Part shown: one piece after another, positions 50,076-63,900 of the stretch
Position numbering within the stretch: the stretch's first letter is position 1
How the letters are laid out: every line of letters begins with the position of its first letter
Assembly (NCBI GenBank): GCA_965153285.1
Contig: OZ229114.1
Length of the DNA stretch: 64,000 nucleotides
Strand: one strand, 5' to 3'
Source: Podarcis tiliguerta
Lineage: Eukaryota
Program-made: the position numbers and the translations under genes
The notes under the pieces: generated by a model
Told to the model about the DNA's origin: nothing
Databases searched by the model: none
The model's input: only the letters and a program-made list of their open reading frames with translations

Positions 50076-52542
50076 TAATCTGGTTTGGGAACACATTCCA
50101 TATTGGGCCCCCACAGATGATTTTTCTTCAGACTAACATTGGCCAGTATAAGCCAACACAAAACAATGTAATGTGTTGTTTGTCCCAAAGTATACCAGTA
50201 AAATATTCTTCCACATCACCTAGAAAGCTATAATATGAAGCGCTAATCATTCGAGACATTTTGATGACGGGAAATGTCTGAAAATGAGAAATGGTGAAAT
50301 CTATCACCATCTTGGCTGTTATTTACCTCAGAACAGAGGACACACACACCATTTAAATGACAATGCCCATCAACTTGGGGGGGGGGCTTCAAATATTTAA
50401 TTTGCTCCTATATTAGGGTGGTTTCCAATATTAATCATACTCAAAGGCAACTTAAATTCTTTATTCCACTGAGCCTTAGTTGGATGTCACTCTTAGCATC
50501 CATTTTTCAACATATTATGCCTTTTAATGATTGTCTTTAAATAGTTTAATCCACTGCAGCTTGTAAAGTCTATTTACACTTTCATCCTAGACTGCATTTT
50601 TCAGCAGAAAGATATGCTATACACATCACAGAAGCTCCAAATATAGACTTACTTCTTAGCAATGGGATGTGATCAAAGTTTGGAGAGTGCTTTGATATCT
50701 TGAATGACAAAAGCTTTATTGTAGAAGTACTGTTGTCGCCATTAGATATCTAACTTGGAAACATCTTTGTCCATCACAATGTGTATTCATATTCAACATT
50801 CTACTTAGAACAAACAACAATTGCAGCCATGATTATGCGGAGATGTGGATTTTTAAAAAAAACAAAAAACTGCCCTAAATACATAAAAAGTAACTTCCTC
50901 TCTCCACCACTGTCTCTGTCTGCACAGCACTAGAATTTTTTCAAAGCACAATTGATAAGCTGGTTTGTTTCATGGTGTAATTTTTAAAAAAATAAAATCA
51001 TTTGCTGGCCTTGTAACACTGACCCTAGCAGTAGTGCATAAATATTTAGGCAGTTTCCACCCAAGTTGCTTTCCTCCTTTGAATACTAATGCAGCCAGCA
51101 ATGAATAAAATGAAGTATCGCTGTAATGGAACTAAGGACCAGTCATGAATACCTAAAATCCTCTGTTTGTCAACCAACTTGTTAGCCAAAATTAAAGAAG
51201 CCATTACTAATACCTAGGAACCCAAGATTCATTTCATTTCCTAATGATTTCTGAGGTTATACTGTGACAATATCAAATATCATTAACCAAGTAGGCATTA
51301 ATGTAACAACCAGGGGGAAAGGCAATAGCCAAACCAAGCCTAAGGCTAGAGACAAGGAATCTAAAGAGGTGTGTGCATACGGATACATTTTATGATGGAA
51401 TAATCAAAGTTCTAGTTTGAGTTGCATTCCCCATTATGTGCGCCAGGTTCAGTCAGCAAGGAAATGAAGGCAAGTGCCTTGACTTCTCCTTTGTAAAACA
51501 TCTTGCAATTACTGAATGTCAAACCTGCACTCCACTTGGGCAGCAGGTCATTTGGGTTCTAAGTTTCAGCCAGACAAAGATAGAGGGATTGTTCGCATTA
51601 GATAAAAACTTTTGTTTTTCCGAGTTGTGCTTTTCTTACTAACACATAAGGGGGATGTGCTATAAATATAAAGCAGCCAATAAGTAAAGTACAATGCTTG
51701 AGAGGCCTTGCTTTAGGTATTAAATCAGAGCATGTTTTGCATCTCTCCTCCTCTCCATAAAACAAATATGGGGGCTGAGTATGCATAGAAATATTTTGAA
51801 CTTGCACACCAGTTTCAATCTTCAAGAGAACGTCTGTGTAACAAACAGAGGATGTCAAAAGCAAATTAAACCAAAGGTTTATTCATTTGGCCAATAAATC
51901 CTTTGTGATCATATTTTGACTAACAATGCCCACCCCCACCCCCGCAAAAAAAAAACCCAAGTAAGTTTGGACACCATATTTGGTGGACCCATTGCCCTGT
52001 GCCCATTTATATCCATGCACAGATTCCTCTATGGAGTCGCGACCAAACTGAAATTGATCTGACCCAGTTCCTCAGCACAGTATCTTCTTCCTGTCCCTCT
52101 CAACTCTCCTTTCTGTCAAGCCCAAACTTATTTTTGCCTGCCTACGCCTGACGTCATGTCTGATGTCAGGTGATTAGCAGCTGGGTGTAGCCAGGCCAAA
52201 ATGGCCTGGTGGGCCCAATGGGGAGGTGTGGTGGGCTTAACTAGCTCTGCCCATCAATAGTCCCACCCCTCCTGCCTTAACAGACCCAACTGTGGCGATT
52301 ACTCACAAGGCATACTTAGCAGAGCCACGAGTAGGCCATAAAAGCTATTAGGGCGCCAGAGTAGGGACCTAAATTGTGTCGCTGAATGTTGGGAGGATAT
52401 TTGGCAATACATTCCCATTCCTGCAATTTATTTCCTGCAACAACAAGAGAAATTTCATCCATCCTCCATTTTGATTGGCAGATGTGATGGTGCACACAAA
52501 AATACACTTAACTAAATAAAGAAGGAGGAATGAATCTAGGCC

Positions 52543-52731
52543 CTAGGAAACTGCCTTAGACAGAGTCAGAGCACGGGTACAACTTGTTCAGCATCATCAA
52601 TACTGACTGGCCTCAACTCTCTAGGATTTCAGACAGGCCATTCTCGATCCTGTCTGGAGATGTTGGGGACTGGAGTTGCAGCCTTCTGTATGCATAGAAG
52701 ATGCTTTACCGCTGAGCTACAGCCCTCTCCC
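52543..52731 (-). mobile_element. tRNA-derived SINE (Squam2-like, ~190 bp)
   Basis: Minus-strand head GGGCTGTAGCTCAGCGGTAAAGCATCT.. and tail TCTGACTCTGTCTAAGGCAGTTTCCTAG. Confidence 0.65.
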
Positions 52732-53611
52732 AAATGCTTATATATTATTTGGACAGTGGAGGTTTGAGACATGGCCTAATAATATCTCTGTTCCCCCACT
52801 TTGCAAAGGCACTCAGTTTATCTGACTTTAAAGGAAGGGGCTTTGCACTAATCCTCTTGGCACAGCGGGGCTGTCAGAGTCTTCCCAGTTCCCTAAGCCA
52901 AGCGTGTTGCAAGCTTGGGAAGAGAGTCACAGTATGCCCCTTGTTCGCCAGGTCAGCAGATGCAGCCTGCACATTCAGTCTCTTGGGGACAGGGTCATTC
53001 AGCCCATGAAGAGGCATTTCCACGCCAGCTGGCCAGACCTATCTGGAAGCTCCAGATGTAGAAGCAATTGTTCCCTTTGCCCAGCAGGAGCAGCAAGAAG
53101 AGAAGCTGCAGCAAAAACGCCAGAATTTGCCTCTCCCTTGGCATCCGCTCCTGCTGAAAACCTTTATCCCCATCTTCAGTGCAGAGATTTCATTTAAATG
53201 GGCTTCTCCAGTAACAATTTTCAGAACACCAGGAAGGAATCCAGAAAGCAGCTTTGGGGATGGTTTCTTGAGCACTCAAAGCAGTGCATATGTGATTTAT
53301 AACCATGCCACACAAGCATTAAATTTGGTGTCTAGCATGGAACCACAACAACCTGAGAAGAGCTGGTCTACATATTTAGCAAAAACATGTTGTAGACATT
53401 TCATTCTGACCCAGACCAAATTAGACAGTAGGCAGAGAGCTGCATTCCCAATGTTCTTCCTCAAAATTAATCCCTGTTCCATGCAGAGAACTAGCTAACA
53501 TACCAGGGGGACGTTTAAATTACATAGGGGAGACATTTTAAAAAATACAACCCCCTCTTCCTTGCAGCCTGAAATGGTACATGCCAGGAAGAACTCTGCT
53601 ACAGGACTCCA

Positions 53612-54130
53612 CTAACATCCAGGTTAGACTACAGCAATGCATTGTTCGCAGAGCTATCTTTGAAGATTTATCGGAAACCAAAGTGCTCCAAACTACAGCC
53701 GCTGCTAGATGGCTAACCTAGACCAGCCACGTGGAAGGAATCTTACCTCTGCACTTCCTGTTGGTCTATTTCTGAGCACAATTCAAAGTGATTGTGTTAA
53801 TCTTTAAAGACATTCATGGTATAGGACTGAAGACCACCTTATCCCACACTAACCTGCCTAAGTGTTAAAATCATCCTCTGAAACCCACCTCAGGGCTCTG
53901 ACACTTTCAGAGATTTGATGAAGTGCCTGATGACCAGAGAAAGGGCTTTTTTCCAGTTATCACACCCCATCTGGGAAACACAAGGAGTCTTGCCTAATCC
54001 CTACTCTAATTTCATTTCAGTGCCTAACGAAAAACATTTTATCTACCCAGGCCTGTTAATCCTTTAAAATGTGGTTTTAACCTCTGCTGGTATTTAGTCT
54101 GGTTTTTTTATCGCTCTGCTGCTTTAATTT
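53612..54130 (+). mobile_element. Degraded L2 LINE 3' fragment
   Basis: SRLDYSNAL...AAARWL...LHFL..RAQFKV motifs and a T-rich 3' UTR. Confidence 0.7.
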
Positions 54131-56077
54131 GTTGTGATGATGTTGATTAATTTACTCAGCAAGTTTTCCTGAAAATGGAAACAGCGACCTGGCTCGCATG
54201 TTGCAGTAAGCCGTACTATGGCTTCCCAGAACTGTGCAGGTCCTCTTTAGCTCAGTTCAGTGTAGCAGCTGAGCTAAGATTTGGCTTGGCATGTTGTGTG
54301 GACCTGGGACCGTGGTTGAGCTGTCTCCTTAAACATGATCTGTAACCAAAAGCAAACCTTGGCTATAGATTGGAATTAAGGAGGAATGGATTATAGCTGT
54401 TGTTTTAGCTGCCATGCCATGCTGAGCTAAAAGGATCAGGGAGAAGCAAAAAGGGTGCCATCTTCTACACAGGAGCCAGCACATTTATGCTTAGCCGTGG
54501 TTTTGCTCAGCATTAATGTGCAAAGTGCAAACATTCATATTGAAGGGTTGTTGCTGGGTGTGTTTTTTAAATGACATTTGCCTACAGTTCTTTTTTTGAG
54601 GGGGGGGGTACTCCCCTACTTTGCTGCAGCTCTCCTCTGCCTCTCACCATTCAGTTTTCCTTAAGTCTCCTTCTCACCTTTTTGTTCCTACTCTTCTAAA
54701 TAAATACTTGTCTCCCTGACTCTTGTAATAAGATCCTCAAACGAAACACAGCAAGCTCTCAAACTGCCTCTGGACAAAAATCATTTCTACTATGAATTCC
54801 AGTTTTGCCAGAAAACATATATGAGGTTTGCAATAAATATATATAAATTTAAAAACTCTTCTGCAGATCAAACACTACTAAAATATTTAGCCTTTTCCTC
54901 TCGCTGCTTCAACATTTTTACTGTTGCCATTTGATATGATGAATTCCAATAGGATCCAACCTGTCAGTAGCTGTTTATCAGTTTCTGTCTAGTATATAAG
55001 GGCAGTTCAGCAATCCCTATTCTACTCTCCTACCATTTAATTATCAGTAAGCAAGATAGTTACCGCTAGGAATCTTTGTTACAGAGAGTAAAGGAAGAGT
55101 TTACACACAAAGGTAAACTGTCCAAAATTATTCTAATCCAGAAAAGAAACATTATTTTATACAAAGACAGAACTACAATCAACCCTCTAGATGTTTACTA
55201 CAATCAAACAATATATAAATGTTGTTAAACAAATTTTGTTAATTCAAGGCGGGAGTGCCCCCTCCCAAAGCAGATTCGTATTGTATCCTCCTTTGTAACT
55301 TTGTAGTAAAGCTTCCCTGTGTCTAATTCCTGACACCATAAAGTTGTACACACTTCCTCACTCCTAACAATATTATTACACACTGGCTGAAGGGGGGAAA
55401 CAAGGCACATTCAATTTCAGCAACAGCGCTGGGTTAATTATAGTTCAAAGAACTAGACCAAGCTATAAGAGTTTGGCAAAGACTATTTTCTCCTCAATGT
55501 TTCTTTGTACCCAGAATGTAGAAAGGAGAATTTGCTCACTAAAGATCAATTTTTTTAAGCATGTGGGATTGGATTTTCAGGTTGCTGTGCCATAGATTCC
55601 CCTAGTGGCAGCCATGGGTAATTCTCAGTCTCTCGATCTCAGTTTCCCATATGTAAAAGGAAATAGAAAAAGATGGAAAATGACTTCTTTGCACAAATCA
55701 CCAATGACACCACATTACAAAAGCAAGCAAAATGGGGATGCCTCTACAATGTCAGTATTTTTCAGAAGGGATTCAACAACATACCAAAACTTTAGGTTTG
55801 CACATTGGAAATGGGCTGAAGTGTTCTGTTTCCCTAGCAGAACAAATTTACTTTTTCAAAAAGAAAGGACTGTTTGCTGTTAGGGAATTGACAGGGAAAT
55901 GCACTGAAAGTGTGGGATGAACACGTAATAAACAGGAAGACCTCACAGACAAATCTGGATGAAGGTTTATTGTTACATAACTGCCCCGTAAACAAATCAG
56001 AACAAATGCTCAGAAAGATTGAAACAGGGTAACCAGTTAAGGTGAAAGCTTTGTGCAAGTCAGACAAGATGATGGTA

Positions 56078-56311
56078 TAGTGGTACCTCGGGTTACAGAC
56101 ACTTCAGGTTACATATGCTTCAGGTTACAGACTCCGCTAACCTAGAAATAGTATCTTGGGTTAAGAACTTTGCTTCAGGATGAGAACAGAAATCACGCCG
56201 CCGCAGCAGCAGGAGGCCCCATTAGCTAAAGTGGTACCTCAGGTTAAGAACAGTTTCAGGTTAAGAATGGACCTCCAGAATGAATAAAGTTTTTAACCTG
56301 AGGTAACATTG
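56078..56311 (+). mobile_element. Tigger/pogo-like MITE (5912 family)
   Basis: Family homology, decayed TIRs, TA TSD. Confidence 0.9.
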
Positions 56312-56759
56312 TACTTTAACAACTGGAATGGCCCAAGTGCTTGCCTGCTCTTCTGTGCTCAGTTTGCAAATAAATAGATAGACAGCACAGACTGTCTATC
56401 TGCCCTGAAACAGTGGGAACAGGGAGTTCTTAAGTGGATCTGCAGCTGATGGAAGTGATAGAAAGCACCCAAGATGGGCTGTATCTATTTAAGGACAGTA
56501 GGCCATGTGTCAAAACACTCAAAGGGATTTTAAGTTCATAGTACCAAAAGTGGGTCTTCAAGGCCACCCAAGGAAGTGGCATTGCATCTCACTTGATGGC
56601 CTGTCAGAAGTGCTAGAAATTCAGAAAAGAGCTTAAAATGGGGGCTTTTTGCCGATTGCTCTCTAAGCAGAAGTTACACTTCTCTTCAAAAAGAAAAAAG
56701 AAGGAAAAGCAGTTCTGGAGACTCTTTCAAGAAAGCATACATGCTGTCTTTCAGGAAAA

Positions 56760-57228
56760 CTAGAGAATCTATGGGGCATCGCCAAGAGACAGATGAGAAA
56801 CATGAGACTGAGCAATGCAGAAGAGCTGAAGGCTGCTATTGAAGCATCCTGGTCTTCCATAACACCTCAGCAGTGCCACAGGCTGATAGCATCCATGCCA
56901 CGCCGCATTGAGGCAGTAATTGATGCAAAAGGGGCCCAAACCAAGCACTGAGTACATATGCATGCTTCTACTTCTCAGAGGTCCAATATTGGTCTATTTG
57001 CAATCCTTGTTTTGCTGATTTCATTTAATATTCTAATTTTCTGAGATTGTTAATTTGCCGTTTTCATCAGTTGTACGCCATGATCATCACAATTGTAACA
57101 AATAAAGGCTTGACATATCTCGCTTTGCATGTCATGAGTCTATCTCATATATTAGTTTCACCTTTTAAGTTGAATTACTGAAATAAATGAACTTTTCCAC
57201 GATATTCTAATTTTCCGAGTTTCACCTG
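56760..57228 (+). mobile_element. Tc1-family transposon 3' remnant: transposase C-terminus plus right IR/DR
   Basis: Frame 56763-56951 ENLWGIAKRQMRNMRLSNAEELKAAIEASWSSITPQQCHRLIASMPRRIEAVIDAKGAQTKH*; direct repeat ATATTCTAATTTTCYGAG at 57028-57045 and 57202-57219; terminus CACCTG followed by TA. Confidence 0.93.
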
Positions 57229-59913
57229 TATGTCTGATAATGAACTCCTCCTTTGAGAAGTTTGAGCTTGTCATCAAATGGCTTCTTCCCAAATCTGTGT
57301 CCCAATATGTCCTCAGCCAGGTGGTAAAACCCCTGTCTGGACTGTAACACATACTGAATGTTCTTCCACACAAAAATACAAATCCCTTCCCACTGAAAGT
57401 GAGGTGTCAGGGGAAAGGGTTCTAATCTAGGTTTCAAACATAATCTCACCATAGGAACAAATATGAATCTGTCCAAATGAAGAGCTTTTGGAAGGAAAAA
57501 GCTAAACACCTGTCCAGCTTGGCTTAAAATGTGAGACTGGCAGCCTCCAGACTCAGGGTATGGACGTCCATAATTGCCCTTTTATGAATATAGTGGGGTT
57601 TAGCTGTGCTTTTCTGGATGGAGTCATCACATTTTGTCCTATCTACTCAACCCCCAGCACAGAGTGAACTTGTTCTAAGCATGCAGCCATTTTTTAAATG
57701 AAAGACCGCCTTCAAGATACTGTTCCCCTGTGTGAACTCCCAAATTGCCCAGTTCTGTTCTGGCTTTGTGAAATCGGCCTGAACCAATGTCCACCTTGGT
57801 GACATTATTACTATATTAATACAACAGCTGTCATGACATGCTGTGTTAAGGACACAGCAGGGCTGTGAAACTTGACTAACTAGAGAAGAAGGCCCGGGCT
57901 GTCATTATTATGCTGGACACACAGCTGCATAGCATCAGGAAGCCCTCACTTAACCAGACCATAAGGCCACTGAAGGAAGCATGTGCTTTTAATGTCCCAC
58001 TGTGGGGCATAATAAATAAAGAACTGTTCTTAATTTGCTGCCCCATCTCCTTAATTTGAATGGCCTGAGTGGGGTGGTCTTATTTATTCTGCAATGAACA
58101 GACTGAGGAAGTTGCCTGCTGGCAAACATAGGAAAGGACACTGATATATGTGCAGGGTTTCTCAGCATGGAAAATGGGGCCACTTTTGACCATTTCATTG
58201 GACCGCTAGTTATACCTCCCAGTTGTAAACATCCTCAGCCCCAGAGAGTAATACAACTGACAAAGAAATTCCCAGGCTCATGGTCAGTGATTAGTTCTCC
58301 TAGAGGGTAATTTTGAGAAGTGATAGAAGAGTGGTGGGTCAATGCCTCAGCCTGCATCACCTAAAGGGGCCTTGCCAATTCGTTCTGTTGCCAGATCTCA
58401 GCAATCTCTGCTGAGGCTAGAAGGGTACAGCAGCAATAGACATCTTGTCCCTGCTCTCCTCCTTTCTGATCTGGGAAGGCACTGCAAGAGGATTCATAAG
58501 GGAAAGCAAGCCTTGTGATTCTGTCTTTGAGGTGGATGAGGTTAAGAGATAGCAATCAGCCCAAAGTCATCAAGTGACCATCCTGGAGGGATTTGCAGCT
58601 AGCCAGTCAAAATCCACTACCCACTGTGGACAATCCCTCTTTCTCACACACTTTGTGCTGTCACACACAGAGATCCCATCGCTGTTTGACTGGATTGTCT
58701 TCTCCAGGCCTATGAACACATAAACACTGATGCCTTCAATCAGGTCATCAAGGACACTTTTGCCATCCATTCTCCCTTCCTTTGAGCATGCCATGTGGTT
58801 AAGAGGAAAGAGGGGAAATTCTCTGCCATTGAACAGTCTGTTTCCTGAAGCAAATTGTGACTCCTAAGCCTCCATCTGGTTGTTGTCCTGCTTTTTATAA
58901 CGCAGCATAATAGAGCTATATGCAAGAGCCAGTGTCAACTTGAGGTCAACTTCTCAACAGCACACATCCAAAGCTCTTTTTAGCAATATTCACCACTGCA
59001 GGTTTTGCCTGAATGTTTTTCACACTGGTATGTGAAAGAACTGTGCTTTTCGGGTAAATAAACATTTAAATGCGCATTTAACTGTGTTTTTCCCTTTTCC
59101 AGATACAGAAATTAACATGACAATATAAATCTATTAAACACTGTTGCCCTGGAAAGCATAATTTAAGGTTCCACATACTGTGCTGGACAAGAGAGCCAAA
59201 CAGCAAGCTAAAGCATTGGTATTGGTTTTTACAGTATTGGTTTTACAGAATCTCGTATCAACAACAAATTCCCAGAAGTACTATGTTGTGTATCTTGGGT
59301 TGCACTGAAACTTTATTATCATTATTAATAATCACAGTAACATACTTTTAGTAGCATCTTGAGTTTCCAGATTTAGCATAAATATTTGACTAGACAAAGC
59401 AGGAAGAAACACGCAAGGTAGTAATGTAAATGTGTGTTCTCCAAGTTGAAAAACACACTCCATAGGAATGTAGGAAGCTGCCAGATACCATATCAGACTA
59501 TTGGGTCATTTAGCGCAGTATTGTCTACTTGGGTTTCTGGCATCAGCCAGGGGACATATGGCTACTGGAAGGTGATATCTTCTGCCACCCAAGATAATAT
59601 CAGGCAGGTTGGCCCTATCCACCAGGCAGAGAAGGAGCAGCTTCCCCACTCCCTGTCTGAGAGAATAATCAGGTGCAAACTGCTAATTTCTCAGGGAATG
59701 CAGAAGCAAAGAGAAATGACACTCTGCCCCTGTGCATAGGCCAAGGGGCCAAGAGGCACCAACAGCTATTCAAGCAAGAAAAATAATAAGGGAAGATGAG
59801 TGTAGCCTTCACTGGAGAAAATGTCTACTTATAGCAGGGATGGCTAACCTTTTTTGCACTGGGGCACGGACCCATGGCCAACTCTTCAAGGGCCACATGG
59901 TAAAGTAAGCAAA

Positions 59914-60081
59914 GAATCTTAGAATTGTAGATTTGGAAGTAATCCAGTTCAACCATATGCAATGCAAGAATCTCAGCTAAAGCATTCCTAACAGATGGCC
60001 ATCCAAGCTCTGCTTAAAAACCTCCAAGGAAGGAGAGTCCACAACCTCCGGAAGGAGTCCGTTCCACTATCAAACAGCTCT
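59914..60081 (-). mobile_element. CR1 LINE 3' fragment
   Basis: AGAATTGTAGATTTGGAAG...CAGATGGCCATCCAA..TCTGCTTAAAAACCTCCAAGGAAGGAGAGTCCAC. Confidence 0.85.
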
Positions 60082-62428
60082 TTTCCCCAGTTCAAACAAC
60101 TTCCTTAATCCTCCCCAAATTCATTCTATTTCTATTTGATTTTACTTTTCAACTGAATTTAAACTAATTATTTTCTGAGTTAGTCCCTCAACATCCTCTA
60201 CTTCCACCACAAATTCCTTGAGCTTTTCTTTTTGCAAAGCTTTTTTTTTAAAGGAAACTCACCAAAAATGACACTGCTGACATGCCTTGGCATACATCCA
60301 GATTTTCCCAGACTCCCCACCCCCTGATTTCCACCAAAACACTGCTTCCAACTACAGTATTCCAGATATATCTGGGAAGTTCCGGACATATGGCAACCCT
60401 ATCATTGCTCTTAGCCACTCGTATTAACTTCTGGTTGCCTTGTTTCTCTCACTTTGATACCTTCAGCAGGACTTGGGAATGATAGTTAGTCTCTGGCTGC
60501 TGAAAGCATCACAGCAGGAGCAACAATGCAGCCAGCAGTTAATAGAAATGAAGTGAATAATCTGCTAATGAGTGGAACTATTAATAGCTACCTGCAAGCA
60601 GTAATAGGAAAGAATCAATTAGACAATTTGAAGGTTTCTTTGGAAGTCCAGATTGAATTAAATGAGTGTCGATTACCCAAGGGAGCTTGGGGAGCCCCAA
60701 GGAAGGTAATTAACTGTGGGGGGGGGGGGAATGGGGGAAATAGGGAGTCTGTCAATGTCATAAGTAAAGTAAAAAAACAACACACAATTGTGTGGTCATC
60801 ATGAGCAACCCAAAACCTCATTGCAGGCAGCTTCTAAGCCATGGGGGCTTGTTAACCACACCTGACATAGCTTACCGCACATCTCCTTTCTCTACATTTC
60901 CCAGTATTTGAATTATGTCCGCATTTTTCTGGCATTTCCGCCTTGGGTTAATTTCATGGGTTTTACCTCATATTGTTCACCTTTGTTTTATTAGGTGTTT
61001 TAATCCATTTCTAATTCTGCAGACTTGCACAGTTAACTCGCTAATGATTTTTCCTGGCCCCCAGCCACTGCCTGCATTTATTATGGGGAAATACACCGGT
61101 ATGTTTTGGTGCAACAAATGGTAGACTTTTGGGGTGGCAACCAAGTCAAGTCTTTACGTTTCTATGCCTTTTAATCATTCAATTTCTTACATTATAATAT
61201 ATTTCCATAATTTATAAATTATATTGAAATTCATTTGCCCTGAAGCATCAATGCTGGACCTTGTTGAAATACTTGAGAATGGCTGAAATAGCTTACAGTT
61301 TGAAAAAATAAAAGCATTATTCAAAAGAAACAGACACCTATGTCCTCCTAATACATTAACATACCAGAACCAAAATAGCAAACAAATAGTTGTATAGCCT
61401 TCATTCACACCACCACCAATTAGTCAAGCAGAGCTCTACTTGGTTTATCTCTAAATCAAAGTTGCAGTTCTGGCCATCAGTGCAAGGAAAAAATGAAACA
61501 CTGGTTTCATGATTAGTGGTTTGAACCACCATTTGTCAAATTGCAACAGGTGGTCATTTGTTTCCAATCAGGAATTGAACTTTCAAATTGACCTTGTGTG
61601 TGGAGGGCAGGTAGAACATGCAAACCTGAGGCTTGTGCAGATAACAGCAAACCATCATTTGTTACTACATCTGAAACAGACCACTGGGATGTACAGCGAG
61701 ATCAAAAAGCCAATGGTCAGCAAACTGCTGCAGCAATAGGATAATGCAGATTTCCCCAACACCAGACTATTTAGATATTGCTTTCTGGTCATTCATAAAA
61801 CCAGGCTTACTTCCTTCAGTCATATTCTTCACAACCTGACCAACTGAATTTTTATCAGAATGGCTTTGATAATGAAAGTAGATGGCATGAGATGTATTTT
61901 AAAAAAGCACATATAAGGAGAAAAATAGCGATACCAGCATAAGCCAAAGCCCCTGTTTCATTAATATACTAAAAGCAAGGCTGGCAAGCGCCCAGGTGCT
62001 TGGTCACCCAAGCACTTGGAAATGATTTTTTATGCCTAGGAATTTGCAGTATTCCCCCCCCCCCGCAGCCCTGTCTAAAAAGAGGAATCCCGTGCCCAAA
62101 CTCAAGATTAAAAGGATAAAGCTTTTATTCATGCCTCTAGCTTAAAGGGTTTGGCAAAGCTAATAAATTAGCTGGTAGTAAGCAAGAGCAGGGATGCCAA
62201 GTCTCAAGGTTTACCTTTGATGTTTTGCACCAGAATTGGTTCTGAATGCAAGACGGAGGCTGTTGAAAACAGTTATATCAGAGCCAATGCCAGACTTGAG
62301 TGGGCCCAAGGCATATTGCCATCAATGCCCCCCTCCCACATACACTGCCTCTTGCTGCCCGGGCCTCAAGGCTGCCACTCACTGTCACCTTCCCAAAATG
62401 CTGTAGATGCAGAACATGGCATGCAGTA

Positions 62429-62659
62429 CAGTGGTACCTCGGGTTAAGTACTTTATTCGTTCCTGAGGTCCGTACTTAACCTGGAACTGTTCTTAACCTG
62501 AAGCACTACTTTGGCTAATGGGGCCTCCTGCTGCTGCCACACCGCTGGAGCACAAATTCTGAAGCAAAGTTCTTAACCTGAAGCACTATTTCTGGGTTAG
62601 CGGAGTCTGTAACCTGAAGCGTATGTAACCTGAAGCGTATGTAACCGGAGGTACCACTG
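62429..62659 (-). mobile_element. Tigger/pogo-like MITE (5912 family)
   Basis: TIR CAGTGGTACCTC at both ends, TA TSD, inverted orientation. Confidence 0.92.
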
Positions 62660-63062
62660 TACTCTTAGATGTAAACTGCTTGGCGGCCTCCATTTTCTAT
62701 TTCTCAAAAGATGAGAACCGATGACCAGCCCTTGCATTTTGAAACATGTAAGACAGTGGCTGGCCCGCACAGATCAGAGGCAAGCAATGGATCAAAAAGT
62801 ACTGCCAACAGGTAAGCACATCTGGGCGGCAGCATCCAAATGAAGCTATGGCAGACTAATCTTGGCAAGGCAAACAACAGCTCTAGTGGACATTGCGGTT
62901 TTGTGTGAGATCAAACAGCTGCCTGAGTATGGGGTACTGACACTGGGCCTAAATCATATTTAAAATGCAGGCAACTGAAGTTTATACTCTCCTGATCTAT
63001 GAAATTTTAAGGATTCTACTCTTTACTCTGCACTGGGCCTTTTCCAGGTTTCTGCATCCAAT

Positions 63063-63251
63063 CATAGCTGTCAACCTTCCCTTTTTTTTGTGGGAAATTC
63101 TCTTATTCCAGCGCCGTTTCCTGCTGCTTCCCGCTGCTATCCCGGATTGTTAGATATCTCGTAGACTGTCCCCAGGACAGGTGTGGCTGCTGATCCCTTA
63201 TTTTCGAGGCTGCTGATCCCTTATTTTCAAATCTGAATGTTGACAGCTATG
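63063..63251. mobile_element. hAT-like MITE
   Basis: TIR CATAGCTGTCAAC / GTTGACAGCTATG; TSD CATCCAAT / CATATCCAAT; internal 21-bp tandem duplication. Confidence 0.8.
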
Positions 63252-63618
63252 CATATCCAATGAAGTGAGGAGGAAGGTAGTTACTAGGGTGAAGTGATGG
63301 CACCCCAGTTCTGGTATGCTGCCCTCAGGCCTCAGATGGGTTAACTGGGTGCCTGTGTTAGGATCTTTAGGTGAAGACTTTCTTGTTCTCCCAGGCTTTT
63401 TATGTTTTTTGGTCTTAGAACGATTTCCCTTTGTTAGTGCTGTTTTACATCAAGTTTTTGCTGCTTTGTATGATTTTAACCTGGGTTTTGCTAATTATTA
63501 TTCTGAAGCTGTTTTTATATTGGCTGCTTTAGTTGCTTGTGTTTAATTAGTGAACCAACCAACATGGTTAACTGGTACATAAGTGCCAAAAATAAGTAAA
63601 AAAAAGTAAAATGTAAAA

Positions 63619-63900
63619 AGTAAGGAAGCAAAAAATTCATGGCACATTTTGATTTTGTTATATTGCAGCAATCCAGTGTCTTTGAATATTTGCAGAATGC
63701 TTTGGTCTTTTCTTCTTCTTCTTCTTCTTCTTCTTCTTCTTCTTCTTCTTCTGGGAAGAGCAGAACATTCTGCAAATATTCAAATATTCAGAGCAAACAT
63801 TCAAATATTCAGAGCAGAGCATTCTGCAAATATTCAAAAACACCGGATTGCTGCAATAAAACAAATTCAAAGTGCACCATGAATTTTTTGCTTACTTACT
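63619..63900. repeat. 86-bp-arm inverted repeat enclosing (CTT)n
   Basis: Arms 63619-63704 and 63815-63900, ~90% identical by manual alignment. Confidence 0.9.

Noticed and set aside
58560-58850. Protein-like plus frame (PVKIHYPLW...QAYEHINTDAFNQVIKDTF) broken by TGA codons
   Set aside because: I recognise no family and cannot distinguish it from random sequence without a BLASTx search.
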